This document shows positions 28,384 through 39,283 of a DNA stretch of 64,000 bases, piece by piece. The position numbers were made by a program, and so were the translations under genes. Below the pieces are notes generated by a model. The model saw only the letters and a program-made list of their open reading frames with translations, was not told where the DNA came from and made no database searches. Position 1 is the first letter of the stretch; each line of letters starts with the position of its first letter. This stretch comes from an uncultured Gammaproteobacteria bacterium (GTDB taxonomy: Bacteria > Patescibacteriota > Patescibacteriia > UBA11705 > JABHMO01): the NCBI GenBank assembly GCA_964590105.1, contig CAZPYM010000001.1:302172-366171 (forward strand), in the 5' to 3' direction.

Positions 28384-31300
28384 TTATTTTACCACTGCCA
28401 TCCAGTCAGCTTCGGTTGAAGGAAACTTGCCGTTCGCAGTTTTGAAATCCTTGACTGCTTGCAATCTTTCAACCGATGTTTTGGCCTTGCTGGCCGCTGT
28501 ACTGCCGTATGAGATGAAAGTTACAACATTCCAGCCCTCTGCATCCGGAGATTGGCCGGCGAGAGCGATATAATCATTTACAGCTGTGATTTCATTTTTC
28601 AGGTCTCTGTCAGCACTCACTGGCAAAGCTGGCACTGCGTTATCTTTTGGCGCTTCTACAACTGGCGCTGCTGGTACTGTCTCAACTGGCGCTGGTGCCG
28701 GAGCTGTCATAGAAACACCTGCATAAGCAATTCCGCGCAATACAGACCACATGAAACCGGTATTTGGCATTTGCTTGAATGATTTAGAGAAGGTTGCTAA
28801 AGCAGTCTTTTCCTTAGCCAATTCACGCGCTTCAGGTCGCAGATAGTAGGCGACAGAGTGGATAAACTTTTCTTCAGCCGGTTTGCTAAAATCAACCAAT
28901 CGGCCGAACACCTTTACAAAAGCTTTCAAAGCTTCTGCCTCGCGTCCGATTATTCTAGCGGGAGTTGTTCCTTCAGCCATCTTGGCCACGCTCTCCCAAT
29001 CAGAATCAGTACTGGGGATATGATTGTAAACAGCTTTATAATCTTCAAGCAATCCCACTCTTTCACGTTCCGCCATTTTCTTGACTTTATCAGTTGTTCC
29101 ATAAGTCAGGAAATCTACAACTCGCCATTCATTGGCCGTAGCCGGACTCTTGCCGACAAGTTTAGCATAATCTTTTACGCCTTGAATTTCCTTCTTAAGT
29201 TCTCTTGCCGCCGGTTTTACCGGCACCACATTTGTCAGGGTAACGACTTCTGAAGCAACTTCCTTGGAAACTTCTTTAACTTCTGTTTTGACAACCGTAG
29301 TTATTTCTTCCACTGTTGTCGTGACTGCTTCATCCGTGGTCGTTGTGGTAGTTGTTGTCGGTTCTATTATCGTCGTTGTAGTGGTTGTCGCGGCCGCTCC
29401 GCCGGTGGTATCAACCGCGCGCCGTGTTGTTGTAGCGGATGCCGCGACTAGAGGCGGATGAGTGATTGAAACCGAGGTCAAGTGAGTAATCTTTCCCATG
29501 CAATAATTTTCAGTCGTGTTGCAGGTTTGATTATCAAGCGGCATAAACGAGTCAGTCGTATCATCGTAATATGACAATGTGAGCAAAGATTCATCGGTTA
29601 CGCCCGCGCTTGTTAATTCAGCGGCCGTATAGTGGAGAATAATCTCAGCGCCTTCTCCGTTCAATTGGTTCACATCCTCACCTCCGGCTTTGGCTGTAAT
29701 TTCAACTTCAGTCCCGACTAAAGGCAACGTTGTATCGAGCGCCGGCAAGTCCACCTGCTGAAAGGTCAACGTGCCGCTAGAATTCTGCCCACCGATAACT
29801 CCGGTGCCGGCGCTAATTTCAAGACCGGTGTTATTTGCGTCGTTTACTACTACACCGCTCGTTGGAACAATCGTTCTGCTATCAACGCTTTTTATATCTG
29901 TCGGATCAGATGTCAACGTGATGTCCTTGTTGCTGAGCGAACTACCACTAACCGCGACAGTGGCCGATCGCGTTGTTTCAGCGTGCAATGGGCCATCCGC
30001 AATCACTGACCATGTGCCATCTGTTACTGATAACTGGTAGCTACCATCTTGCTGAATTGATCCCTTGGCTTTTGCTCCAGTAGTCGCCTCGGTGGCGTAG
30101 ACAAATCCGCCAAGATTCATAGGCGTTGATCCGTCAGATTCGTAAATCGTGCCTGAAATTGAATTGCCTTTTTCAACCAAATCATTGTCAATCTGAATAT
30201 CTTCGTCTGTGGTATTGCCATCAAAATCAAAATTTACATTTCCCGTAACCTCCAAGTTTGAATATTTTGCCGGCGTGCCGTAATCCTTGTGTTCGGCTTT
30301 AATGCTGTATGTGCCTTCTTTGACACTCATTGAATAGTCGCCGCTGGCGTCCGTGGTTGTTTGCTTTACCAATCCCGTTGTTTCATTAATAAGCAAAACC
30401 GCGGCATTGGCTATGGGATTATTGGAATTGTCAAGAACTGTGCCTAAAACCGTGCGCATTGTCTGCGCCGAAAGATCAACAGTGGTACTTTGATTTGAAG
30501 TTGACAAATCAATTGTTGAAGACGGCGAAAAATCTCCCATGCCGTCAACAAACACCATCAATCTATATGTTCCGGCAGGAACGCTGATAGTCTGGCTCTG
30601 GCTCAAATCGGGAAGCGGCATGCCTCGGCGCACAGCTCCACGGCTGTTGGTCGTGGCTGACCCGGCTATTTCCTTTACTTCTATAAACCCGCGCATATTT
30701 GAAGTTCCGCCGGTAAAAGCGACTGTCAATGTTTTCAAACTTGCCAAATCATAACTGATATTCACGGTTTGATTGCCTCCGTTTACAGTAACATTTTGTC
30801 CTAGTTCTCCGTAATCAGGCGACCACATTGACACTCTGTATGTACCGTTGCCGGCTTTGATTGAATAAGAACCGTCATTGGCCGTTGATTCATTGCGATG
30901 GTATCCTCCGCTCGGCCAGTCATTAACCGTATCCCAGGCTTCTACCATTATCGGAACACTACCCTGTGCTGTACCGCCGATTGAAACGGAGCCGGAAATG
31001 GTGTAGCAGGTGGAAGATGTCGGCTGAAGATTTTCAGTCGGCTTATTCGCGCCCGAAACTGTAATAGCCTTGGTAATTGTGCCACAAGTATCAGTTCCCG
31101 ATGGCATTTGCGCCGTCACTGTCCAAGTGCCGTCGCCAACATTCAGCATATAGTCGCCGTCCGAATCCGACATTGTTTGCGCAGACTGGTGCGTCGTTGT
31201 TTCGTTTGCCATTACGCTGGTGTAGTTGAGAGGATTGCCGCTCAAATCCATTACTTTTCCTGAAATCATGTAGTCGGCTTTATACATTTTGATTAAGAAC

Positions 31301-34300
31301 GGAGCGGCGGTAGTAACATAATCGCCTTCAAGATTAACATCGCAAGTGGTATTGCCGTCGGAAACCCCAACCGTATTATCCTTTACTGCTACCGACCTAA
31401 ACGGAGCCTCACCGATTCCGGGTTTATGAGCTCCGATTTCATAATTTCCATTGGCCGCGACTTTGAGAACAAAACTGCCGTCCGCGAGGGATTGCGTATG
31501 AGAGCCCATGCCACCGAAACCCATTGGCTGGCTGGCCCAAATTTCAACATTTTGCATTACATTATACACTTTCGCGCCAGAAGAAAAAGCTTGATTCATG
31601 CCGTTTACCAATTGAACTGTCGCGCCGCTGATTGACAATATTTTATCATTTTTTGTGTTCGTGCCGTCAGTCACAACTATTGAATCATTGGCATTAAATC
31701 CCGTGCCACTCGCCAAAGTCAGGCTGGTCGCGCTCGAAGTGTAATTCGCGCCGAGCGTAGTTTCCTTTGACACAACGCATCCGAGTATTTCTTTACTAGC
31801 GCTATTGATGTTAAAACTTAATTCAGTAATTGTTGCATTCGTATCATTGCGCTTAATAATTGGAGTTCCGCCAATACCGCTGACTTCAACCTGAACATTT
31901 GTCGGCGGCATCCAATCAGGCATCGGAGGCGGTCCCATCATCGGCCCCTTTGGCATAGCCGGCCCAATGCCAACCATATATATGCCGTTGGAAGGGAAGT
32001 ATAGAGTGGAACTGTTATTAGTGACTGCGCCGGTCAAAGTAGTGGTATTTACCGCGAACGAATTAGGCCCGCCCGCGAAAATATCAAGATCTTCTCCGTC
32101 AGCGCTGAATGTCCCGGACACCTTGACTGTCAATGATGCTGAATTGGACGCTGAAAATTTAGCGAAGGTTAGCGCTCTCGTCAAAGTCTTTGTTCCCGAA
32201 TTCCAGTTTTCGCCCGAACCGGGCACACAAATTGGTTCCGGATTCATCTGTCCGCTGTATTTATTTGCGCCAAGAGTAACCGTCGGCTCGCTAAAAATAT
32301 TATAACAGCCATCCGGCAAATTTGACCAAGTCTGCGTTCCCGTGCCATTGGCAATGTTAACTGTCGCGTCCAAAGGACCGGTCATGGGAGATCCCATCAT
32401 CAATTGAAAAGTGCCGGTGCCGCTTTCAGCCGCGATTGTCGCCGTGATATTATTTGCTCCGGCCGCGTTGATAAAGAAAGGCATTGAAGTCATGCTGGAC
32501 ACGTTCGTGCCGTCCGCTTTGTACGCTTTCATGTCAACGGTGTAGCCATTGGAATTGAAATCCTGAACTTTTGTCGGATTGACGATGTTTTTCACTTCAA
32601 AATGAAAGTAATCAGGATCGCCGGTTTGTCCGCCGTTCGTATTCAGCCACAGAGTCATTGTCTGACCTGAAACCGTCACGCCGTCGCTCGCCGCGCCGCC
32701 CTTTGTCGCGGCGCCCGCGCCGTCGTCAGCAACTCCCGAAGTCTTGAATTTGACTATTGACGGACCGCTCATATTCAGATCATTTTTATTGGGATTATAC
32801 GGATCCGGAATCGCCGAAACAATGTTAACGCCTTTTGGAAATGTCAATTTAATATATGCTCCGTCGTCAAGCGCATTGGCTGATTTGCCCGATGGCGGAA
32901 TAGGGAAGTCAATCATGTATGTGGTCGTAGCGCCGGCCATCATATTCATGGGCATGGCTCCGACTCCTCCCATCATCATGGCGTCTTTTTCTGAAAAACC
33001 TCCAAATCCTGTAGGCGCGCCCGTCATCATGGCGCCGCCCATGGCCGAAGGACCGGAAAGTCCGCCGCAAGCGGGTCCGATCATACCGCCTGTTTTCGCC
33101 TCATCGCGCAAAACTCCCTTGGCGGAATTAGCCGTAGCGTCAATTGGATTATTCGACAGATCCATAACATTTGAAACAGTAATAATAAATTGATCTGTTT
33201 CTTTTGTCGCACCGGTGAAGGATAGACCCTTAATTTTGACGGTGTTTGTTTCATAATCATAATCAAACGACACGCCGGCCGCTCCAAGATTTTCAGTACT
33301 ACCGGTGCCGTCGGCGCCAAAAGTCAATGCGTAGTTGCCCGACTTCAGTACGCTCCCTGTCCAAAGCGAAGCATTGGACGAGGCGTCACTTTGCTTCAAC
33401 GCGCTCATTGGTCTTGAGAATGTCACCGCGCACTGGTATCCGTCGCAATTCGCGACTTCAACTCTGGGCTTGGTTGTGTCAAATGTAGACGTCATGGTAA
33501 ACGAGCGCGTCAAAGTGGTTGCTCCGCTCGGATTACCATACAAGTCTTTTATTCCACTTGTGCCGCCAAGAGTAATAGTCAAGGTATATTTCATACCCGG
33601 CGTCAAGCCGGTTGTCGGGATTACCTTGATACTCTGGCTCATTGAATCATATTTTACTACGGCCGGAATTGTTGACGTTCCGGTTTTCAATGTAACGGTG
33701 GCCGTGTTAACATTACCCGGTTCCAGCGATTCATTGAAACCAATATCCACGAAGCCGAAATCCAATGGCACTCCCGTGGCATTATTGTCCGGCCAACTGC
33801 CATTAATGCCGGGAGCAGTTGAATCAGTAACGTCCGCGACTGTAAAATTGACCATAAATTGATTGGCTCCGGGATCGTTTGGATTGCCAAGCGTTACACC
33901 CGAAGACGCTCGGATTCCCGCCTTTACCCTTATTTCATACTCGCCGGCCATTAAATTTGAAGACAAATTCATTATGGCGAAAAGCTTATCGTTCGAGGTT
34001 GTCACTGAACTTATATAAGTACTGGTAACATCTGTAAAAGAATTACCGCTTTTTTGAAATAACTTGAATGTGCCCGTGTTAACGCTACTTGAATCAAGCG
34101 ATTCGCTGAATTCAAACATCATTTTTGACAAATTTTTTGATACACTCCACGCGCCCGACGACGGCTGCGCGCCTTTCACAAAGAAAGGAGAATAGTCTCC
34201 GCCGCTCCATTGGCCTGTAGTCGTGTTAAAATTATCCGCCATTGTCATATAATCAGCATTATCGGTCATAGATCCAAAATTACCGGCATCATAATATGCG

Positions 34301-37056
34301 GCATCTTCCGTAAAGCCAAATCCGCTGGAGCCGCTAAAATTCATATCGGTTGACTGCGTAGTGAAAGTGAACGAATGTCCTCCTCCCGGCCTGCCGCCCT
34401 GAACTGAATTGCCGGCCATATCTATAACAGCAGGAAGGATTTCCACAATATATTGCGTGTTCTTAACCAAAGGCTCCACCATATCAATTACCGCCACCGG
34501 GGTACTGACAGATGCACCAGGCGCGTAGAAAGTGGCGCCGCGATTGCTGGCTCCGAGACCGGTGTCAATTGTTACGGCGTAATTAGTAACGGGTTCAACT
34601 TGTCCCGTAAAGTTATTCATTTTTTTCAACAATATATTTGACGTAGTCAGTTTTCCCACGTTCATTGGTTTATTAAATCTAATAAATATAGGTGCTCTGT
34701 CAATCACTATGTCGATCGGCGCGCTGTTCATGCCGTCCGATGGAGTAGTTTCTATAACCATAGGCGCGCTGGAATCTCCGCCATGAGCCCCTACGCCGCT
34801 ATCTAGACAAAACTGCCAGCCGGTTGACTGCGGATTATTACTGCTGACGCCAACTCCCCAAATTGTACTTTCATGATAACCTCCCGCATTCGCGCTCAAA
34901 TTCCAAACGCCGTCAAACACGCCGTTTAGCGTGAATGTTCCGGCTTGATCGCTGACAATGGAGGTAACGGCGCTAATGCCAGTACCTTCAATTCTAACGG
35001 TTGCGCCGTCAATGCCAGTCACGCAATCGCTTTGGTATACGCGGCCGGAAATTTTTCTAGCTCCGCTGGTCGTTGAGACATTAATATGATATGGCATGGC
35101 TTGGGCCAGCACTTCCGTATTTGCCACGGGATCCGCGGCCGAATATCCTTCTTCGCTCATGCCGTCAACCGCCTTAATATAATAATCTATTCCTGCCGCG
35201 GTTACCGCTGACGCAGGTATTGTGAATATTGTACTTGAACCTGAAGAACTTCCGGAAACACAGCTTCCCGGCCAACCGGCTGTGCCGGCCTTGTAGCATA
35301 GTGTAGTAGTAATCTGTTGCGAAGTGCTTTCAACATCATATATTTCAGCCAGAAGTTTAATTTCAGTTGAAACCACAGCCGTGGAAATCGGGCTGTGCAT
35401 AACATGAGGTGGAGTGTTTAAGTGCGTTTCGCCGCCCAGTTGAAAAACCTCTACGCCGCTAGTTGATTTTTGAGGATCTGACAAAGTGCGCGAAACAAAA
35501 TCATACATATTATCATTGCTATTATAACCATTTCCGATTGCCACGTCTGAAGTAACCATAGTCGCACTTGTTGATGAATATACCGCTTTTCGTTCAATAC
35601 TGCCGTTTGCCAAGGGCGCAGGGTTGAACGGACTGGTTTGATAAACCCTGACCCCATGTCCGACGCCCACGATATCCCTTACCGTATTATTTTCATCAAT
35701 TAAAAATATTGTATTACCGGAATCCAAATCTACTCCTGTAAACGCAGCGTCAGCACTCAGGCCTTGCCCATCAACGCTCTGGTCAAAACTATTAGCGTCA
35801 TTAGCCAATAAATAATATCCGCCTTGCGCCATAGTAGTCCCGCCTGCGATCGTAGCCAAAACAGTGTATGTATTGTCAACTCCTTCTATACCAGGCAGAT
35901 CTGTCAAGACGGCAACTTTCCAGCCGGCGATGGATTGCGGGCTCAATCCAATATTGTAAAGCTCAATGAATTCATCCGTTGCAGCGGCGCCGGCCAATTG
36001 AATTTCAGAAATCAGAATGCTGGTGTTCGGCCACATCCAAAACAAAGGAGCCGGATCGCTATACGGCATGCCGTTGGCAACGCTTTTTGGCGCAATCGAG
36101 GGATTGGTGCTTATTTGCAGGCTATCGGTCATAGTCATTGAAATCCTGGCGCCGGCATGCGCGACCACGGAAACTCTGCTAGGATCACTGCCATCGCGAG
36201 TCGCCCTGATTATTGACTGATTATCGTTTGCACCTGTCATTAAAGTATACCGAGCGCAACTTCCGGGGGTGACTTCTTCGTCGCATTCCACCGAATCCGC
36301 GGTTACTGGCATATTAAAATCAATTATTAAATCTCTATATGACCCATAATACAAGCCATCCACTCTAGGCGGCGACATATAAGTGTCTCCGTCTCCGCCG
36401 CCGCCGGCGCTATTTATCGTATCCGTGCTAACCTGCGTGATCGTCGGGGAAGTGCCGCTGGTAACAACCGTGCCGCTCGCGCCGCCTAAGAAAGTAAATC
36501 GAAATGATTTTCCGGAGGGCGGAGTGTCGTGCATTTTCATGTGAAGAAAATAATTGCCGCTACCCGCTGAATATGAAGTTGGCAATGTGTCATCAACAAC
36601 GTCAAGAGTAACATCATAAGTGCCGTCGCCATTGTTTGTCCATGAAGGCTTTGTTTCCCAAACAAGAACGCTGTCTCCGGAGCCGGGATCCATCCAGCCA
36701 TTACCATTACCGTCTTTATAAATGCATAGTCCCTGATCATCACTGCCGGCCGCCGCCGCTTCATTAAACGGCGCCAATACCAAAGCCGGATCAGGAGTGC
36801 CATAGAGACCGTCAAAACGAACTTTAATTGATTTTAGCTGCTCGCCGGCAGTACCGGTAATCTTCAACGCGGCAACACTGCTCATGAAACCGCCATATGC
36901 ATTCATGTTTGGCGGAATCATAAACTCCGAAGTTACTGTTACACCAGCTTGAGCCGGAAATAGGGGAGTGAGCACGCCGGCCAATCCCATGGCCCAGACT
37001 ATGGTGGTCATGGCGATAAAGCCAGTAAATAATTTATTTTTTGCGATTTTCATCAT
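28384..37056 (-). CDS. giant secreted surface protein (lamin-tail domain, Ig-like Big_5-type and carboxypeptidase-regulatory-like repeats, Thr-rich linker, duplicated C-terminal domain)
   Basis: 2890 aa; signal peptide; ISEIQ...DEFIELYN (LTD); repeated P.V....P..G..../FTT Ig-like units; ISG.V repeats. Confidence 0.85.
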   Translation of the reverse strand: MMKIAKNKLFTGFIAMTTIVWAMGLAGVLTPLFPAQAGVTVTSEFMIPPNMNAYGGFMSSVAALKITGTAGEQLKSIKVRFDGLYGTPDPALVLAPFNEAAAAGSDDQGLCIYKDGNGNGWMDPGSGDSVLVWETKPSWTNNGDGTYDVTLDVVDDTLPTSYSAGSGNYFLHMKMHDTPPSGKSFRFTFLGGASGTVVTSGTSPTITQVSTDTINSAGGGGDGDTYMSPPRVDGLYYGSYRDLIIDFNMPVTADSVECDEEVTPGSCARYTLMTGANDNQSIIRATRDGSDPSRVSVVAHAGARISMTMTDSLQISTNPSIAPKSVANGMPYSDPAPLFWMWPNTSILISEIQLAGAAATDEFIELYNIGLSPQSIAGWKVAVLTDLPGIEGVDNTYTVLATIAGGTTMAQGGYYLLANDANSFDQSVDGQGLSADAAFTGVDLDSGNTIFLIDENNTVRDIVGVGHGVRVYQTSPFNPAPLANGSIERKAVYSSTSATMVTSDVAIGNGYNSNDNMYDFVSRTLSDPQKSTSGVEVFQLGGETHLNTPPHVMHSPISTAVVSTEIKLLAEIYDVESTSQQITTTLCYKAGTAGWPGSCVSGSSSGSSTIFTIPASAVTAAGIDYYIKAVDGMSEEGYSAADPVANTEVLAQAMPYHINVSTTSGARKISGRVYQSDCVTGIDGATVRIEGTGISAVTSIVSDQAGTFTLNGVFDGVWNLSANAGGYHESTIWGVGVSSNNPQSTGWQFCLDSGVGAHGGDSSAPMVIETTPSDGMNSAPIDIVIDRAPIFIRFNKPMNVGKLTTSNILLKKMNNFTGQVEPVTNYAVTIDTGLGASNRGATFYAPGASVSTPVAVIDMVEPLVKNTQYIVEILPAVIDMAGNSVQGGRPGGGHSFTFTTQSTDMNFSGSSGFGFTEDAAYYDAGNFGSMTDNADYMTMADNFNTTTGQWSGGDYSPFFVKGAQPSSGAWSVSKNLSKMMFEFSESLDSSSVNTGTFKLFQKSGNSFTDVTSTYISSVTTSNDKLFAIMNLSSNLMAGEYEIRVKAGIRASSGVTLGNPNDPGANQFMVNFTVADVTDSTAPGINGSWPDNNATGVPLDFGFVDIGFNESLEPGNVNTATVTLKTGTSTIPAVVKYDSMSQSIKVIPTTGLTPGMKYTLTITLGGTSGIKDLYGNPSGATTLTRSFTMTSTFDTTKPRVEVANCDGYQCAVTFSRPMSALKQSDASSNASLWTGSVLKSGNYALTFGADGTGSTENLGAAGVSFDYDYETNTVKIKGLSFTGATKETDQFIITVSNVMDLSNNPIDATANSAKGVLRDEAKTGGMIGPACGGLSGPSAMGGAMMTGAPTGFGGFSEKDAMMMGGVGAMPMNMMAGATTTYMIDFPIPPSGKSANALDDGAYIKLTFPKGVNIVSAIPDPYNPNKNDLNMSGPSIVKFKTSGVADDGAGAATKGGAASDGVTVSGQTMTLWLNTNGGQTGDPDYFHFEVKNIVNPTKVQDFNSNGYTVDMKAYKADGTNVSSMTSMPFFINAAGANNITATIAAESGTGTFQLMMGSPMTGPLDATVNIANGTGTQTWSNLPDGCYNIFSEPTVTLGANKYSGQMNPEPICVPGSGENWNSGTKTLTRALTFAKFSASNSASLTVKVSGTFSADGEDLDIFAGGPNSFAVNTTTLTGAVTNNSSTLYFPSNGIYMVGIGPAMPKGPMMGPPPMPDWMPPTNVQVEVSGIGGTPIIKRNDTNATITELSFNINSASKEILGCVVSKETTLGANYTSSATSLTLASGTGFNANDSIVVTDGTNTKNDKILSISGATVQLVNGMNQAFSSGAKVYNVMQNVEIWASQPMGFGGMGSHTQSLADGSFVLKVAANGNYEIGAHKPGIGEAPFRSVAVKDNTVGVSDGNTTCDVNLEGDYVTTAAPFLIKMYKADYMISGKVMDLSGNPLNYTSVMANETTTHQSAQTMSDSDGDYMLNVGDGTWTVTAQMPSGTDTCGTITKAITVSGANKPTENLQPTSSTCYTISGSVSIGGTAQGSVPIMVEAWDTVNDWPSGGYHRNESTANDGSYSIKAGNGTYRVSMWSPDYGELGQNVTVNGGNQTVNISYDLASLKTLTVAFTGGTSNMRGFIEVKEIAGSATTNSRGAVRRGMPLPDLSQSQTISVPAGTYRLMVFVDGMGDFSPSSTIDLSTSNQSTTVDLSAQTMRTVLGTVLDNSNNPIANAAVLLINETTGLVKQTTTDASGDYSMSVKEGTYSIKAEHKDYGTPAKYSNLEVTGNVNFDFDGNTTDEDIQIDNDLVEKGNSISGTIYESDGSTPMNLGGFVYATEATTGAKAKGSIQQDGSYQLSVTDGTWSVIADGPLHAETTRSATVAVSGSSLSNKDITLTSDPTDIKSVDSRTIVPTSGVVVNDANNTGLEISAGTGVIGGQNSSGTLTFQQVDLPALDTTLPLVGTEVEITAKAGGEDVNQLNGEGAEIILHYTAAELTSAGVTDESLLTLSYYDDTTDSFMPLDNQTCNTTENYCMGKITHLTSVSITHPPLVAASATTTRRAVDTTGGAAATTTTTTIIEPTTTTTTTTDEAVTTTVEEITTVVKTEVKEVSKEVASEVVTLTNVVPVKPAARELKKEIQGVKDYAKLVGKSPATANEWRVVDFLTYGTTDKVKKMAERERVGLLEDYKAVYNHIPSTDSDWESVAKMAEGTTPARIIGREAEALKAFVKVFGRLVDFSKPAEEKFIHSVAYYLRPEARELAKEKTALATFSKSFKQMPNTGFMWSVLRGIAYAGVSMTAPAPAPVETVPAAPVVEAPKDNAVPALPVSADRDLKNEITAVNDYIALAGQSPDAEGWNVVTFISYGSTAASKAKTSVERLQAVKDFKTANGKFPSTEADWMAVVK

Positions 37057-37204
37057 ACTAAATTTCTTAATTTTAATTTTTAGTTTTACTTTCTATATAT
37101 GTTAATTGATTGTTTTTTGCAAGAAAGACAAATTTACAAATATTACAAATTCTTCAGCTACTTAATTTTCTAATTGCTTCCGCCAGAGGCGGACAGGTAT
37201 TTAC

Positions 37205-37456
37205 TCATTTTTTCTCAAGAATCTGATTCATTCTCGTATTCATCAAAAACACTTGGCTGTAAATTTGATTAAGCCGCATGGAAAGAGAATCGCGCGTTTC
37301 CGCGTAACTTTTTTCAAGCCGTGCCATGTGTACGACCAAACAGACTATAATTGCAAACTGCGCGATAATTAAAATGGCGGCCAATAAATAGACCGGCCAT
37401 TTTTTGTGGCAAAAAAACACATACCCCCCTCCGACAAGCTGCCAAAATTTTTTCAT
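37205..37456 (-). CDS. small single-TM hypothetical protein
   Basis: 83-aa ORF with a hydrophobic helix and short coiled coil. Confidence 0.55.
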   Translation of the reverse strand: MKKFWQLVGGGYVFFCHKKWPVYLLAAILIIAQFAIIVCLVVHMARLEKSYAETRDSLSMRLNQIYSQVFLMNTRMNQILEKK

Positions 37457-37613
37457 AACTTAATTTGCATATAAAACTAAATTTATATGCTTTTAATTAG
37501 CATTAATTTTACTACAATAATATTGCATCTATAGAACGCTAAAACATCACACTATTATTATACAATTTTTTTTATCACAAAACAAACAACTGTGGATAAA
37601 TTAGATGAATTTT

Positions 37614-38573
37614 CTAATCATTGTCGCTATGACATTTTTCATAAACATCGCGCAATTTTTTATTGGTCACATGCGTGTAAATTTGGGTAGTGGAAATATC
37701 TTCATGGCCCAGAAATTCCTGCACCAGGCGTAAATCAACGCCCTTGTTCAGCAAATCCGTGGCAAATGAATGGCGCAGGGTATGCGGCGTTGTATTAAGG
37801 GGCAATCCGGCAAGCTTGACATACTTTTTTACGATTCTTTCAACTGAACGAGAAGTTAGTCTGCGCGAACCGATTTCTGACGCAGTAGGGGAGTAATTTA
37901 TGAATAAGGCTTTATCAACATCATTTCGATTATCTAGATAATTCCTAATTGCCGAAAGCGCCCGCAAAGAAAAATATATTGTTCTGGTTTTGCTTCCCTT
38001 GCCCACGATATTTAATTCCAAAACTTGTCTAAAATTTCTAATATTAAAGTCATCGCGATTTAATTTCACAACTTCTGAGACACGGAGTCCTGTTGAAAAT
38101 AATGTTTCAAGAATCGCTTTATTGCGAAGCGAATTTAAATCTAATTTTACTGCGCAATCAAGTAATTTTTTTACTTTTTCAAGAGTAAGAAAATGCACGG
38201 ACGGTTTTTTTGTTTGTTTTGCAAGCTGGATCTTGCTGGCGGGCAGGGCCGTGATATCGCGCACCGCAAAATATTCCAATAGCCCGCGCAGAGCGATTAA
38301 ATAAATATTTTGCGTTCTTTTTGTCAAACTTTGTTTTGTTTTTGCTGATAAAGTTTTGCGCGACAAAAAAATTCTGTATTTCCAGATTATTTCGCTGGTG
38401 AGCTGATGGGGGAGCAAATCTTGCATTTTATTTTGGATAAGCCAACGCTTGAAGCGATCTAAACATCGGGAATAATTTTCCTGCGTTTGTTTTGCCAAGC
38501 CTTTTTCTACGTCAACATAATCAAGAAAATCATTGATTTGTTTGAGAATGGGAAGTTGAGAGTTGGTGAGCAT
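37614..38573 (-). CDS. xerC: XerC/XerD-family tyrosine recombinase
   Basis: STGLRVSE, GKGSKTR, TPHTLRHSFAT, LGH, TTQIYTHV (R-K-H-R-H-Y catalytic set). Confidence 0.88.
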   Translation of the reverse strand: MLTNSQLPILKQINDFLDYVDVEKGLAKQTQENYSRCLDRFKRWLIQNKMQDLLPHQLTSEIIWKYRIFLSRKTLSAKTKQSLTKRTQNIYLIALRGLLEYFAVRDITALPASKIQLAKQTKKPSVHFLTLEKVKKLLDCAVKLDLNSLRNKAILETLFSTGLRVSEVVKLNRDDFNIRNFRQVLELNIVGKGSKTRTIYFSLRALSAIRNYLDNRNDVDKALFINYSPTASEIGSRRLTSRSVERIVKKYVKLAGLPLNTTPHTLRHSFATDLLNKGVDLRLVQEFLGHEDISTTQIYTHVTNKKLRDVYEKCHSDND

Positions 38574-39283
38574 AAATACAAGAAATAACAAATTACAATT
38601 AACAAACTACAAACAATGCATTTAGCCGCTAAGTGGCGTGTCGCACAATACTAATAAATACGCACGGGGCACAATTTTATTATACATAATTCAACACACT
38701 TATTAAAATCTATAATCAATACTGTCTGTGGACAAGTCAGCATTTCTTGTTCCTTGGACTGCACACTATCCGTTTTTTATGCTAAACTTAGGAAAAAGAC
38801 AAAGGAATCAGGTGCTCTGCTATTCAAACAAAATTTAAGACGCTTAGATCACAATTTTAGGCCTTGTTTTTTGTGTAAATTTAGCCAAGGCGTAACCATA
38901 TAATAAATCATTAAAGTAGGGCCATCCTGCATCAATTGATAGTGCTATATCACGTAAATTTACAATTATTAAACCTTGAGGAAAGATCCTCTAAGGCGAT
39001 GTCATCAAAATATATCTGCGCGCTAATTTATTATTTTAAAAACTTTAATTATTATTATACAATTTATGAAAATTTTTAAATGAAATTTAACTGCCCTATT
39101 TAATACCACATTAATGCAACGTAAATTATTTTACACCACTCTGCCCCAATATTTCCTTAACTCTTTGTGTCGTAAAATATTTCAAGATGTTCAAAAAGAG
39201 GGGCCTGCATAAATCCGGATTTAACTTAAAATAAAAAAACGCTGCAGATTTCTGCAACGTTGTGTATGTTGTCCTTCGATTCC

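Noticed and set aside
28552-36815. Many short + strand and off-frame ORFs within the giant gene and other core genes
   Set aside because: They overlap well-supported genes and have no motifs or expression signals.
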